From Candidatus Fervidifonticultor sextus (lineage in GTDB: Bacteria > Sysuimicrobiota > Sysuimicrobiia > Sysuimicrobiales > Humicultoraceae), in the NCBI GenBank assembly GCA_031459875.1, contig JAVKHQ010000022.1, positions 1 through 45,938 on the forward strand: a DNA stretch of 45,938 nt. Reading direction: 5' to 3'. The position numbers and the translations under genes are program-made. Shown piece after piece: positions 37,928 through 45,938 of this stretch. How positions within the stretch are numbered: position 1 is the first letter of the stretch; each line of letters opens with the position of its first letter. The notes under the pieces were generated by a model, which saw only the letters and a list, made by a program, of their open reading frames with translations, did not search any database and was not told where the DNA came from.

Positions 37928-38086
37928 GCCCCCTCACATTGGTATTCCGACCACGGAATATGGGCGATGAGTCCGCCGCGAAAACGACGATGCGCCGATC
38001 GGGCCCAGACCGGATAGGCAGAGTTCCTGCCAGGACCTACAGTCAAGATGGATGCGGGAACCTGCATGCGGAGCCGTTTTGGGCAC

Positions 38087-38461
38087 ATGAGACTGCCCTT
38101 CACACAGGAAGCGCGTCTGCTTCGCATCCTGGCCCATCCCGCGTGGCTGGCGATCCTGGAGATCCTCCGTCACCGTCCCGCCTGCGTCTGCCATCTCACG
38201 GCGGCGCTTGAACACCGACAGGCCTACGTCTCGCAGCAACTGGCGATCCTCCGGAAGGCCGGCCTGATCGTCAACCGTCGGGACGGCGCATACACCTACT
38301 ACGCGCTGCGGGACCACGGCGTCCTGGGCCTGGTGGACCTTGCCCGCAGGATTCACGGACGTCGGCCGGTCCCCGCCCTCTCCGCGACCGGTCGGCTCGC
38401 GGGCTGTGCGTGCCCTCAGTGCAGCCAGGAGGGCCGATTGGTCAGGGGAGCCGGTCGGTGA
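38087..38461 (+). CDS. ArsR/SmtB-family metalloregulator
   Basis: 'LAHPAWLAIL...ACVCHL...VSQQLAILRKAGLI...YYAL'; C-terminal CACPQC. Confidence 0.88.
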   Translation: MRLPFTQEARLLRILAHPAWLAILEILRHRPACVCHLTAALEHRQAYVSQQLAILRKAGLIVNRRDGAYTYYALRDHGVLGLVDLARRIHGRRPVPALSATGRLAGCACPQCSQEGRLVRGAGR

Positions 38462-39507
38462 TCGCCACCCTGCTGCTCGCGGGGTTCCAGGCCGTGAGGG
38501 AGTACATCGCCCTGCACGTCGTGACCTGCCTCGCCCCCGCCTTCCTGCTGGCCGGGGCCATCGTCACCTTCGTCTCCAAAGAAGCCGTCGTGCAGCGCCT
38601 GGGCCAAGCGGCGTCCAGGACCGCCAGCTTCTCGACCGCCGCGGGGGCCAGCTTCTTCCTCGCGGCCTGCTCGTGCACCGTGATCCCGGTCTCCAGCGGC
38701 CTCTACTACGGGGGGGCTGGCATCGGACCCGCGTTCATCCTGCTGTGGGTCGCCCCGGCGTCCAACCTGCTCTCCTTGATCTACACGGCGAGCATCTTGG
38801 GCGTCGAGATGGCCTGGGTGCGGGTCCTGACGGCCCTGGCCATGGCCTTCGTGGTGGGATGGGTGATGACCCTGGCGTTCAGCCGCGAAGAAATGCAGCG
38901 GATGAGCGCCTTCTCCAACGGCCCCACATCGCGCATCCTGAGCCCCACCGACCTGACCCTCATGGGCCTGCTGGTCGTCTCGCTGCTGGCGCCCAACTAC
39001 CTGGTCCGCGGCGGTCCCTACAGCCAGAAGGTGCTGGTCTGGGCCGCCGCGATGGTCCTGGTCGTGGCCTATGCGCGGTGGAGGAAGACTGACCGAGAGA
39101 TCCGCCGCTGGCTCCAGGAAACCTGGTGGTTCGTCCGGATCATCTTCCCTCTGCTCCTGCTGGGCGTCTTCCTCGTGGGAGTGATCGGGGCGGCCGTGCC
39201 CCGGGCCTGGATCGAGGCCTACCTCGGGGGCTCAGGGCTGCTGGCTTCGTTCTTCGCCACCGTGCTGGGGGCCGTCAGCTACTTTGCCACCATGACCGAG
39301 GCCCCGTTCGTCCACACGCTGCTGGGGCTCGGCATGGGCAAGGGGCCGGCGCTGGCGCTCCTGCTCACCGGGCCCGGGCTGAGCCTGCCCAACTGGCTGG
39401 CCATCGGGCGGGTGTTTGGCGCCAAGAAAGCCGCAGTCTACGTCGGCACGATCATCATCCTGGGCACCATCGGCGGCTGGTTCGCCGGGACATTTATCTT
39501 TACGTAA
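38458..39507 (+). CDS. ArsP/DUF318-family permease
   Basis: 'HVVTCLAPAF', 'AACSCTVIP', 'YFATMTEAP', 'GPALALLLTGPGLSLP'; GTGA-coupled to arsR. Confidence 0.87.
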   Translation: MIATLLLAGFQAVREYIALHVVTCLAPAFLLAGAIVTFVSKEAVVQRLGQAASRTASFSTAAGASFFLAACSCTVIPVSSGLYYGGAGIGPAFILLWVAPASNLLSLIYTASILGVEMAWVRVLTALAMAFVVGWVMTLAFSREEMQRMSAFSNGPTSRILSPTDLTLMGLLVVSLLAPNYLVRGGPYSQKVLVWAAAMVLVVAYARWRKTDREIRRWLQETWWFVRIIFPLLLLGVFLVGVIGAAVPRAWIEAYLGGSGLLASFFATVLGAVSYFATMTEAPFVHTLLGLGMGKGPALALLLTGPGLSLPNWLAIGRVFGAKKAAVYVGTIIILGTIGGWFAGTFIFT

Positions 39508-39521
39508 GGGAGGCGATTCGC

Positions 39522-39782
39522 ATGATCACCATCGAGGTGTTCGGTCCGGGATGCCACCGGTGCGAGGCGACCCTGGCGGCAGTCCGTCAAGCCGTGCGGA
39601 TGCTCGACATCGAGGCGACCGTGACCCACGTCGGCGACCCCACGGAGATGGCCAGGCACCGGGTGCTTCTCACGCCGGCCGTCCGCATCAATGGCGAGCT
39701 CAAGTGCACCGGCCGCGTCCCCGAGGTCCGGGAGGTGACCGCCTGGCTGGCGACGGCCGCGGCAGCGGCCAAGGGGGCATAG
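39522..39782 (+). CDS. Small redox-active disulfide protein (MTH895-like thioredoxin)
   Basis: 'IEVFGPGCHRC...TPAVRINGELKCTGRVP'; GGAGG RBS. Confidence 0.88.
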   Translation: MITIEVFGPGCHRCEATLAAVRQAVRMLDIEATVTHVGDPTEMARHRVLLTPAVRINGELKCTGRVPEVREVTAWLATAAAAAKGA

Positions 39783-40021
39783 GAGATCGCGATCAGCACC
39801 GGGAGGCGGCAGGCGCCTCCTCTCGGGCGGCGACCCTAGGGGCGGCAACCGACCGGGCCTGAACCGTTCGTGCAGGCCGGATCAGTATTTCCTCCACGGG
39901 GAGAATCGTCCGCCAACCGGATTACCAATTCCGCCCGCGCGGCCTGAAATGGGGATGAGGGGGTCTCCGTAGGGGCGCGGGGACACCCGTGCAACGGGAC
40001 GCTCTCGGGGAGGCGCGCGCC

Positions 40022-41251
40022 ATGGAGACCGGCGACCTGCGTGGTGCCGCGTCAGCAGCCCAGGTACATCCTGCACTCTTGTTCGACCCCCACGAAGACT
40101 GGCGGCGCGCGTTTGACCCCTGCATCCAGTGCGGGCTGTGCGGCGGCGCCTGTCCGCTGGCCCATGCGATGGACTACACCCCGCGCCGCGCCATCCACCT
40201 GGCCAGAGAAGGCCTGCTGGACAGGGTCCTCCAAAGCAACACGCTGTGGCTGTGCGTCTCCTGCTACACCTGCACGGCGCGCTGCCCCACCGGCCTGAAG
40301 ATCACCGACGTCCTGTTCCCGGCCCTGCGGGATGCGGCCATCAACGCCGGGCTGCAGCTCCCCGGAGAGTTCAAGAGGGCGCTGGACAACACGTACCGCT
40401 ACGGGAACTCCCTGGGCGAAGGGCCCCGCAAGCGCCTGGAGTGGACCAAAGGCGCAGGCGTCCCCGTCCCGGTCATCTCGCAGGTGCGCCGGCGGGTCGA
40501 GGTCCTGTGGCTGGTGGAATGCTATCCCTCCTACCACCTCCGCAACCAGGTGCAGGCCCAGGCCATGGCGCGGCTGCTCCACGCCATGGGCGTGGACTTC
40601 GCCATCCTGGGACCGGAGGAGCACTGCGTCGGGGACTGCGAGCGCCTGGCCGGCGAGCGAGGGCTGTTCGAGAGTCTGGTCGAGTACAACACCTCGTTGC
40701 TCGACAAGTACGAGTACGACGTCCTCGTCACGGGGGACCCCCACGCCTACAATGCCCTGACCCGGATCTATCCGACGATCACCGGGCGAACCTACCCGAT
40801 CCGCCACTACGTTGAGTTCTTTGCCAGGCGACTCGACGCGCTGAAGCCCCTGTTGACTCACCGGATCGACGCCCGCGTGACCTACCACGACAACTGCTGC
40901 CTGGGGCGCATGTGCGGGCTCTACGACGCGCCGCGGGCGCTGCTGCGGGCGATCCCGGGCGTCAGCCTGGTAGAGATGGCCTTCAGCCGGGAGAACGCCC
41001 TGTGCTGCGGCGGCGGAGGCGGGGGCATGTGGCTGGACGGCGTGATCTGGCAGGCGGCTGGCGAACGGCTCTCCGACCGGCGCATCGGCCATGCCCTGGC
41101 CACCGGCGCGGACATCCTGGCGGTCTCCTGCCCCTTCGAGACCTCGCGCTTCGAAGACAGCCTGAAGTCCACCGGCCACGAGGGTCGGATGGTCGTCCGG
41201 GACATCCTGGAGTTGCTGGACCGGTCGATGCAAGGAGGCACTCCGGCATGA
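40022..41251 (+). CDS. HdrD-like Fe-S protein (two 4Fe-4S + CCG domains)
   Basis: CIQCGLCGGACP, CVSCYTCTARCP, 'TYHDNCCLGR', 'CCGGGGG', 'SCPF'. Confidence 0.87.
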   Translation: METGDLRGAASAAQVHPALLFDPHEDWRRAFDPCIQCGLCGGACPLAHAMDYTPRRAIHLAREGLLDRVLQSNTLWLCVSCYTCTARCPTGLKITDVLFPALRDAAINAGLQLPGEFKRALDNTYRYGNSLGEGPRKRLEWTKGAGVPVPVISQVRRRVEVLWLVECYPSYHLRNQVQAQAMARLLHAMGVDFAILGPEEHCVGDCERLAGERGLFESLVEYNTSLLDKYEYDVLVTGDPHAYNALTRIYPTITGRTYPIRHYVEFFARRLDALKPLLTHRIDARVTYHDNCCLGRMCGLYDAPRALLRAIPGVSLVEMAFSRENALCCGGGGGGMWLDGVIWQAAGERLSDRRIGHALATGADILAVSCPFETSRFEDSLKSTGHEGRMVVRDILELLDRSMQGGTPA

Positions 41252-42009
41252 ACATTGCCGTGCTGCTGAATATGGTCCCCGACCTGGTCGAAGACCTGGA
41301 GATCGACGCTTCGGGGACGGCGCTGGACACCCAGTGGATGCGCTACGTCCTCAGCGAGAGTGACGAGCACGCCCTGGAGCAAGCGCTGCTGCTCAAAGGC
41401 CGCCTCGGTGCCCGCGTCACGGTGCTGGCACTGGAGTCGGGCGATGCGGAAGAGGCGCTCTTCTCGTCGCTCGCCAAGGGGGCCGATGAGGCGGTCAAGA
41501 TCACCGGGGTGTCCCCCGGTCACAGCAAGCGCGCGCTCGCGGCCACGTTCAAGGAAGCCCTGAAGAATATGCCGTCCGATCTCATCCTGACCGGGGTCTA
41601 TGCCATCGACGATCTGGATGGCCACGTGGCAGGCCTGCTGGCAGGCATGATGGGTCTCCCGTTCGTGGGCGTCACCCGGTCGGTGGAGCCGGCCGACGGC
41701 CACGTGGTGGTGCAGAAGGAGTTGCCCGGCGGTGCCGCCGTCGAGATCGAAGTCGGACTCCCGGCAGTGCTGGGCGTGCTCTCTGCTCCGCAGCCGCCGC
41801 GCTACGTGCCGGTCGCCAAGATCCGCGAGACGCGCAAGTCCCGCGCGTTGGTCGAGCGCGTGACCGCTCCCGTCCAACCCGACGGCGTGACGATCCGGAG
41901 GCTGTTCAAGCCCGAGCCCGCCGAGCGCGCCACCATGCTCGAGGGCTCGCCCGAGGAGGTCGCCAGACAGATCGCCGCGCTTCTGCGGCAGCGGGGGCTG
42001 GTGCGATGA
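41248..42009 (+). CDS. etfB: Electron transfer flavoprotein beta subunit
   Basis: 'VPD...DEHALEQAL...AKGAD...DLILTG...PRY'; ATGA-coupled on both sides. Confidence 0.88.
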   Translation: MNIAVLLNMVPDLVEDLEIDASGTALDTQWMRYVLSESDEHALEQALLLKGRLGARVTVLALESGDAEEALFSSLAKGADEAVKITGVSPGHSKRALAATFKEALKNMPSDLILTGVYAIDDLDGHVAGLLAGMMGLPFVGVTRSVEPADGHVVVQKELPGGAAVEIEVGLPAVLGVLSAPQPPRYVPVAKIRETRKSRALVERVTAPVQPDGVTIRRLFKPEPAERATMLEGSPEEVARQIAALLRQRGLVR

Positions 42010-42998
42010 GCGCAACGAGCAGGGACGTCTGGATCTACGTCGAGCACCTGCGCGGCACCGTGGCCGCGCACACCTACGAGTTGCTTGGCAAGGGGCGCGA
42101 AATCGCGGCGGGCCTTGGCGGCCGGGTCGTTGCGGTCGTGCTCGGCGAAGGCGCCCGGCCGCTGGTGGCCACCCTGGGCGCCGCCGACAGCGTCCTGTGT
42201 GTGGATGCCCCCGCCTTCAACCCGGCCGTTCCCGAGGCCGGCGTAGCGGTCCTGCGGGCGCTCGCCGAGGCCCGCGCCCCGCGCCTGGTGGCCTTCGGCG
42301 CGACATCCGTGGGCATGGATCTGGCCACGCTGCTCTCCGCGCGGCTTGGGCTCCCACTGGTGGTCAACTGCAAGGACGTCCGGCTCGAAGACGGCCGCGT
42401 GGTGGCCATCAGTCAGATGTGCGGAGGCAAGCTCCTGGCCGAGGTTGAGATCGGGGGTGCGGCGATTCTCACCGTCCTTGCTGGCGCCTTCCCCGTGCAA
42501 CCCGGCATGTCTGACCGGACGCCGCCGGTCGAGGCGATCCCCCTCCCCACACCGCTGGAGGGCATGAGCTCGAAGATGCGCCGCCTGCTGGAACCCGAAC
42601 CGGGCGACGTCGACATCACCAAGGCCGAGGTCCTCGTGGGCGTCGGCCGCGGGATCCAGCGCAAGGAGAACCTGGCCCTGGCCGAGGAACTCGCCGGGCT
42701 GCTGGGCGGAACGGTGTGTGCCTCGCGGCCCGTCATCGACCAGGGGTGGCTGCCTCTGAACCGACAGGTCGGGAAGTCGGGGATGGTCGTGCGGCCCAAG
42801 CTGTACGTGGCCCTGGGGATCAGCGGCGCGCCCGAGCATGTCGAAGGCATGAAAGACTCGGATCTGATCATCGCCATCAATACCGACGCGAAGGCTCCCA
42901 TCTTCGACGTGGCGGACTACGGGGCCGAAGCCGACCTGCTCGAAGTGGTTCCCGCCCTGGTGGAAGAGCTCAAGGCAGGATGCGCATCCGCCGCCTAG
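42006..42998 (+). CDS. etfA: Electron transfer flavoprotein alpha subunit
   Basis: 'VGVGRGI', 'ASRPVID', 'QVGKSG', 'GISGAPEHVEGM', 'INTDAKAPIF'. Confidence 0.93.
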   Translation: MSATSRDVWIYVEHLRGTVAAHTYELLGKGREIAAGLGGRVVAVVLGEGARPLVATLGAADSVLCVDAPAFNPAVPEAGVAVLRALAEARAPRLVAFGATSVGMDLATLLSARLGLPLVVNCKDVRLEDGRVVAISQMCGGKLLAEVEIGGAAILTVLAGAFPVQPGMSDRTPPVEAIPLPTPLEGMSSKMRRLLEPEPGDVDITKAEVLVGVGRGIQRKENLALAEELAGLLGGTVCASRPVIDQGWLPLNRQVGKSGMVVRPKLYVALGISGAPEHVEGMKDSDLIIAINTDAKAPIFDVADYGAEADLLEVVPALVEELKAGCASAA

Positions 42999-43008
42999 GA
43001 GGACGAGC

Positions 43009-45024
43009 GTGAACCCGGCCCTCCTCGAGTACGCCTCGGTCCCGGGGTACGTCTTCCTGTGGATTGGCGTTGTGGTGGCCAGCGGGCTGTTCGCCGCCCG
43101 TGTGGGGTATCTGCTGCGGCTGCTGCGGCTCGGGAAGCCCGAGCACAGGCTGGGGGACATCGGGAGGAGGCTGGGCTATGTGGTGGCCGAGGTCCTGGCC
43201 CAGCGCCGCCTGCTGCGCGAGCCATTCGGCGTGGCCCACCTGGCAATCTTCTGGGGCTTCGTGGTGTATGCCGCCAGCTTCGGCTTCACGGTCCTCAAGG
43301 GCCTGCTCCCATTCCTCCCCTATCCGATGCCCGAGGAGATCGGACCCGTCAGGCTCGCGATGGAGGCGTTCGGAGTCATCGTGATCGGGGCGGTGTTGGT
43401 GGCGGCCTACCGGCGCTACGTGCTGCGCCCCCCACGCCTGGAGCAGAGCCGCGACGCCGCCATCATCCTCACGCTGATCGGCAGCCTGATGGTGACCACC
43501 CTGGTGGGAGCCGCGGCGCGCGCCGTGGCCGAGGGGGGCAGGCAGACGTCCTGGAGCCCCATCGGGACCCTGCTGGGCGGAGGGTTTGCCGCCCTCGGCC
43601 TCGACAAGGTCGGCGGGCACACTCTGGCCCTGGCGATGTGGTGGGCGCACGTCGGGCTGGTCCTCGGATTCCTGGCATACCTCCCCCACTCCAAGCACAT
43701 ACACCTGCTCGCGTCGCCGTTCAGCGTGTTCCTGACGCACGTGGGCCCCCGGGGGCGGCTGCGCCCGGCCGACGCCTCGGGCAACGGTTCGGCGACCCTC
43801 GACGCGCGAGGCTTCACCTGGCGGGAGTTGCTGAATCCCTTCGCCTGTGCCGAGTGCGGGCGCTGCGATCGAGTCTGCCCCGCGCACCTCAGCGGCTTCG
43901 CCCTGTCGCCGCAGACGATGGTACGCCACATCAAGGAACACCTCTTCGAGGCGGGCTCCTTTCTCCTCAAGGGTCTTCCGCAGAACGGGCACTACCGCGA
44001 CCTGATCGGTGGCGTCGTCTCGCCGGACGAGCTGTGGGCGTGCACAACGTGCTATGCGTGCATGGAGCGGTGCCCGGTGATGAACGAGCACATTCCGCTC
44101 ATCGTGCGGATGCGCCGCGCCCTGGTGGCAAAGGGCGAAGTGAGCACGCGGCTCCAGGACGCCCTGACGGGGCTTTCACGCTACGGCAACGGCTTCGGGC
44201 AGTCGCCAAAGGCACGGGGGCGCTGGACGCAGAGCCTGGAGGTCCCGGTCAAGGACATCCGGAAGGAGCCCGCTGAGTACCTCTGGTTCGTCGGCGACTA
44301 CGCCTCGTTCGACCCCGCAGCACGGGAGGCCACACGGGCCACCGCGCGCCTGCTGCACCGGGCTGGGGTGGACTTCGGTATCCTCTACGACGCCGAGCAG
44401 AACAGCGGGAACGATGTGCGCCGCGTCGGTGAGGAAGGCCTGTTTGAGATGCTGGTCGAGAAGAATCTGGCGGCCATGCGCAGGTGCCGGTTCAGGGCGA
44501 TCCTGACCACCGACCCGCATACCTACAACACGCTCAAGAACGAGTACCCGCAGTTCGGTGGGACGTGGCCGGTGGTGCATCATGCGGAGCTTTTGAACGA
44601 CTTACTGCGAACCGGCCGCCTGCGTCCGGCCAGATCCCTGGCCGCGCGCGTCACCTATCATGACCCGTGCTACCTGGGTCGCTACAACGGGATCTACGAT
44701 GCGCCGCGCCGGGTGCTGCAGGCGCTCGGCGCAGACTTGGTCGAAATGCCGCGCACGCGGAAGGCCGCCTTCTGCTGCGGCGCCGGGGGCGGGCGGATCT
44801 GGATGGAGGATGCCCCGGGCGTCCACGAGCGGCCGGCCGAGAGCCGCGTCCGCGAGGCGGCCGGCCTGACCGGCGTCGCGACCCTGGTCGTGGCGTGCCC
44901 CAAGGAGTTCTCGATGTTCCGCGACGCGATCAAGACCAGCGGGCTGGAAGGCCGTCTGGAGGTCAGAGATTTGGCCGAGCTGGTGGAAGCGACGATGACC
45001 ATGGAGGTGTCCGCGCATGCCTGA
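43009..45024 (+). CDS. Membrane Fe-S oxidoreductase (HdrF/FadF-like; NarI-type heme b domain + 4Fe-4S + CCG), probable ETF:quinone oxidoreductase
   Basis: N-terminal TMs with His ('AHLAIFWGF', 'WWAH...SKHIH'), CAECGRCDRVCP, CTTCYACMERCP, 'TYHDPCYLGR', 'CCGAGGG'. Confidence 0.87.
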   Translation: MNPALLEYASVPGYVFLWIGVVVASGLFAARVGYLLRLLRLGKPEHRLGDIGRRLGYVVAEVLAQRRLLREPFGVAHLAIFWGFVVYAASFGFTVLKGLLPFLPYPMPEEIGPVRLAMEAFGVIVIGAVLVAAYRRYVLRPPRLEQSRDAAIILTLIGSLMVTTLVGAAARAVAEGGRQTSWSPIGTLLGGGFAALGLDKVGGHTLALAMWWAHVGLVLGFLAYLPHSKHIHLLASPFSVFLTHVGPRGRLRPADASGNGSATLDARGFTWRELLNPFACAECGRCDRVCPAHLSGFALSPQTMVRHIKEHLFEAGSFLLKGLPQNGHYRDLIGGVVSPDELWACTTCYACMERCPVMNEHIPLIVRMRRALVAKGEVSTRLQDALTGLSRYGNGFGQSPKARGRWTQSLEVPVKDIRKEPAEYLWFVGDYASFDPAAREATRATARLLHRAGVDFGILYDAEQNSGNDVRRVGEEGLFEMLVEKNLAAMRRCRFRAILTTDPHTYNTLKNEYPQFGGTWPVVHHAELLNDLLRTGRLRPARSLAARVTYHDPCYLGRYNGIYDAPRRVLQALGADLVEMPRTRKAAFCCGAGGGRIWMEDAPGVHERPAESRVREAAGLTGVATLVVACPKEFSMFRDAIKTSGLEGRLEVRDLAELVEATMTMEVSAHA

Positions 45025-45938
45025 CGCTTGTGCCCCCAACGGCGGACCGCATGTCGGCGTGTACGTGTGCCACTGCGGCACCAACATCGCTGGGATGGTG
45101 GACGTCAAGCGCGTGACGGCATACGCGGCCAGACTAGCCCATGTGGTTATCGCCCGGGACTACAAGTACATGTGCTCCGATCCCGGGCAGGAGCTGATCA
45201 AGAAGGACATCGCAGAACACCGGCTCACCCGGATCGTGGTCGCGGCCTGCTCGCCGCTGCTGCACGAGCACACGTTCCGGGCGGCTGCGGCCGCAGGCGG
45301 CCTGAATCCCTTCTACGTCCAGATGGTCAGCGTGCGCGAACTCGACTCGTGGGTCCACGACGACCCCGAGGCGGCCACGCGCAAGGCGCAGGACCTGGTC
45401 CGGGCGGCCGTGCAGCGGGTGCTGTTCCACGAGCCGCTGGAGCGACGCCGCGTGCCCATCAACCCCAACGTGCTGGTGGTCGGCGGGGGCATCGCCGGCA
45501 TCCACGCCGCGCTCACCCTGGCCAACGCCGGCAGGCACGTCTACCTCGTCGAGCGCGAGCCCACCATCGGCGGGCACATGGCCAAGTTCGACAAGACCTT
45601 CCCGACCCTCGACTGCGCCGCCTGCATCCTGACGCCCAAGATGACGGCGGTCAAAGCCCACCCCAACATCACGCTGTGGACCTACTCCGAGGTCGAGAAG
45701 GTGGACGGGTTCGTGGGCAACTACACGGTCACGGTCAGGCGCCGGCCCCGCTACGTGGACGAAGATCTCTGCGTGGGCTGCCTCGAGTGCATCCAGGCCT
45801 GCGTCTACAAGGAGGCCAGGGTGCCCGACGAGTTCAACCTGGGCCTGGGGAGGCGGAAGCCCATCTACATCCCCTTCCCCCAGGCCGTACCCCAGGTGGT
45901 CGTCATCGACCCCGAGACCTGCATCGAGTTCAAGTCGG
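45017..45938 (+). CDS. hdrA: Heterodisulfide reductase subunit A-like flavoprotein (3' truncated by window)
   Basis: Manual translation from ATG 45017: 'VGVYVCHCGTNI...YMCSDPGQ...VVAACSP...VVGGGIAG...DKTFPTLDCAACILTPKM...CVGCLEC'; absent from the ORF track because there is no stop in the window. Confidence 0.92.
   Translation, partial: MPDACAPNGGPHVGVYVCHCGTNIAGMVDVKRVTAYAARLAHVVIARDYKYMCSDPGQELIKKDIAEHRLTRIVVAACSPLLHEHTFRAAAAAGGLNPFYVQMVSVRELDSWVHDDPEAATRKAQDLVRAAVQRVLFHEPLERRRVPINPNVLVVGGGIAGIHAALTLANAGRHVYLVEREPTIGGHMAKFDKTFPTLDCAACILTPKMTAVKAHPNITLWTYSEVEKVDGFVGNYTVTVRRRPRYVDEDLCVGCLECIQACVYKEARVPDEFNLGLGRRKPIYIPFPQAVPQVVVIDPETCIEFKS

Noticed and set aside
39955..39972. ATGAGG-N6-CCGTAG box upstream of the hdrD operon
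   Set aside because: It resembles the regulon box but has no TAnnnT hexamer at the 22-nt spacing.
45017..45938. Selenocysteine in HdrA or at the Mo-ligand of the Arx-like enzyme
   Set aside because: The relevant codons are TGC (Cys); no in-frame UGA was seen.

Overview
High-GC bacterial window forming an anaerobic/redox-respiration island, with no mobile element, RNA gene or CRISPR array seen. Minus strand (1-37263): a clade II N2O reductase operon (rrf2-nosZ-nosL-nosB/nosD fusion-nosF-nosY); four cupredoxins; a periplasmic Nitrospira/anammox-type nitrite oxidoreductase operon (nxrA-orf-nxrB-torD-orf-nxrC); moeA-mobB and mobA; an ArxA/ArrA-related Tat molybdoenzyme with NrfC/NrfD partners and a polyferredoxin; two NarL-family two-component systems; an exported rhodanese; a multiheme cytochrome; an ADP-forming acyl-CoA ligase. 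Plus strand (37376-end): an Fe-S protein, arsR-arsP-thioredoxin, and hdrD-etfB-etfA-hdrF-hdrA (partial). Main discoveries: (1) two 'separate' ORFs are one in-frame 11-heme cytochrome c split by a UGA that is followed by a bacterial SECIS-like hairpin, i.e. a predicted selenoprotein; (2) eight minus-strand promoters share one architecture (ATCRGG-N6-CCYGAT-type box whose proximal edge lies 22 nt, once 21 nt, upstream of a TAnnnT-like -10), suggesting a single regulon covering NXR, NosZ, the Arx-like enzyme, Moco genes and the selenocytochrome; (3) two tandem cupredoxins with an unusual C-x10-C-x3-H-x2-M/Q copper loop sit between the nxr and nos operons. Family calls come from motif recognition by eye; no database searches were run. 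Start codons were refined using RBS and stop/start overlaps.
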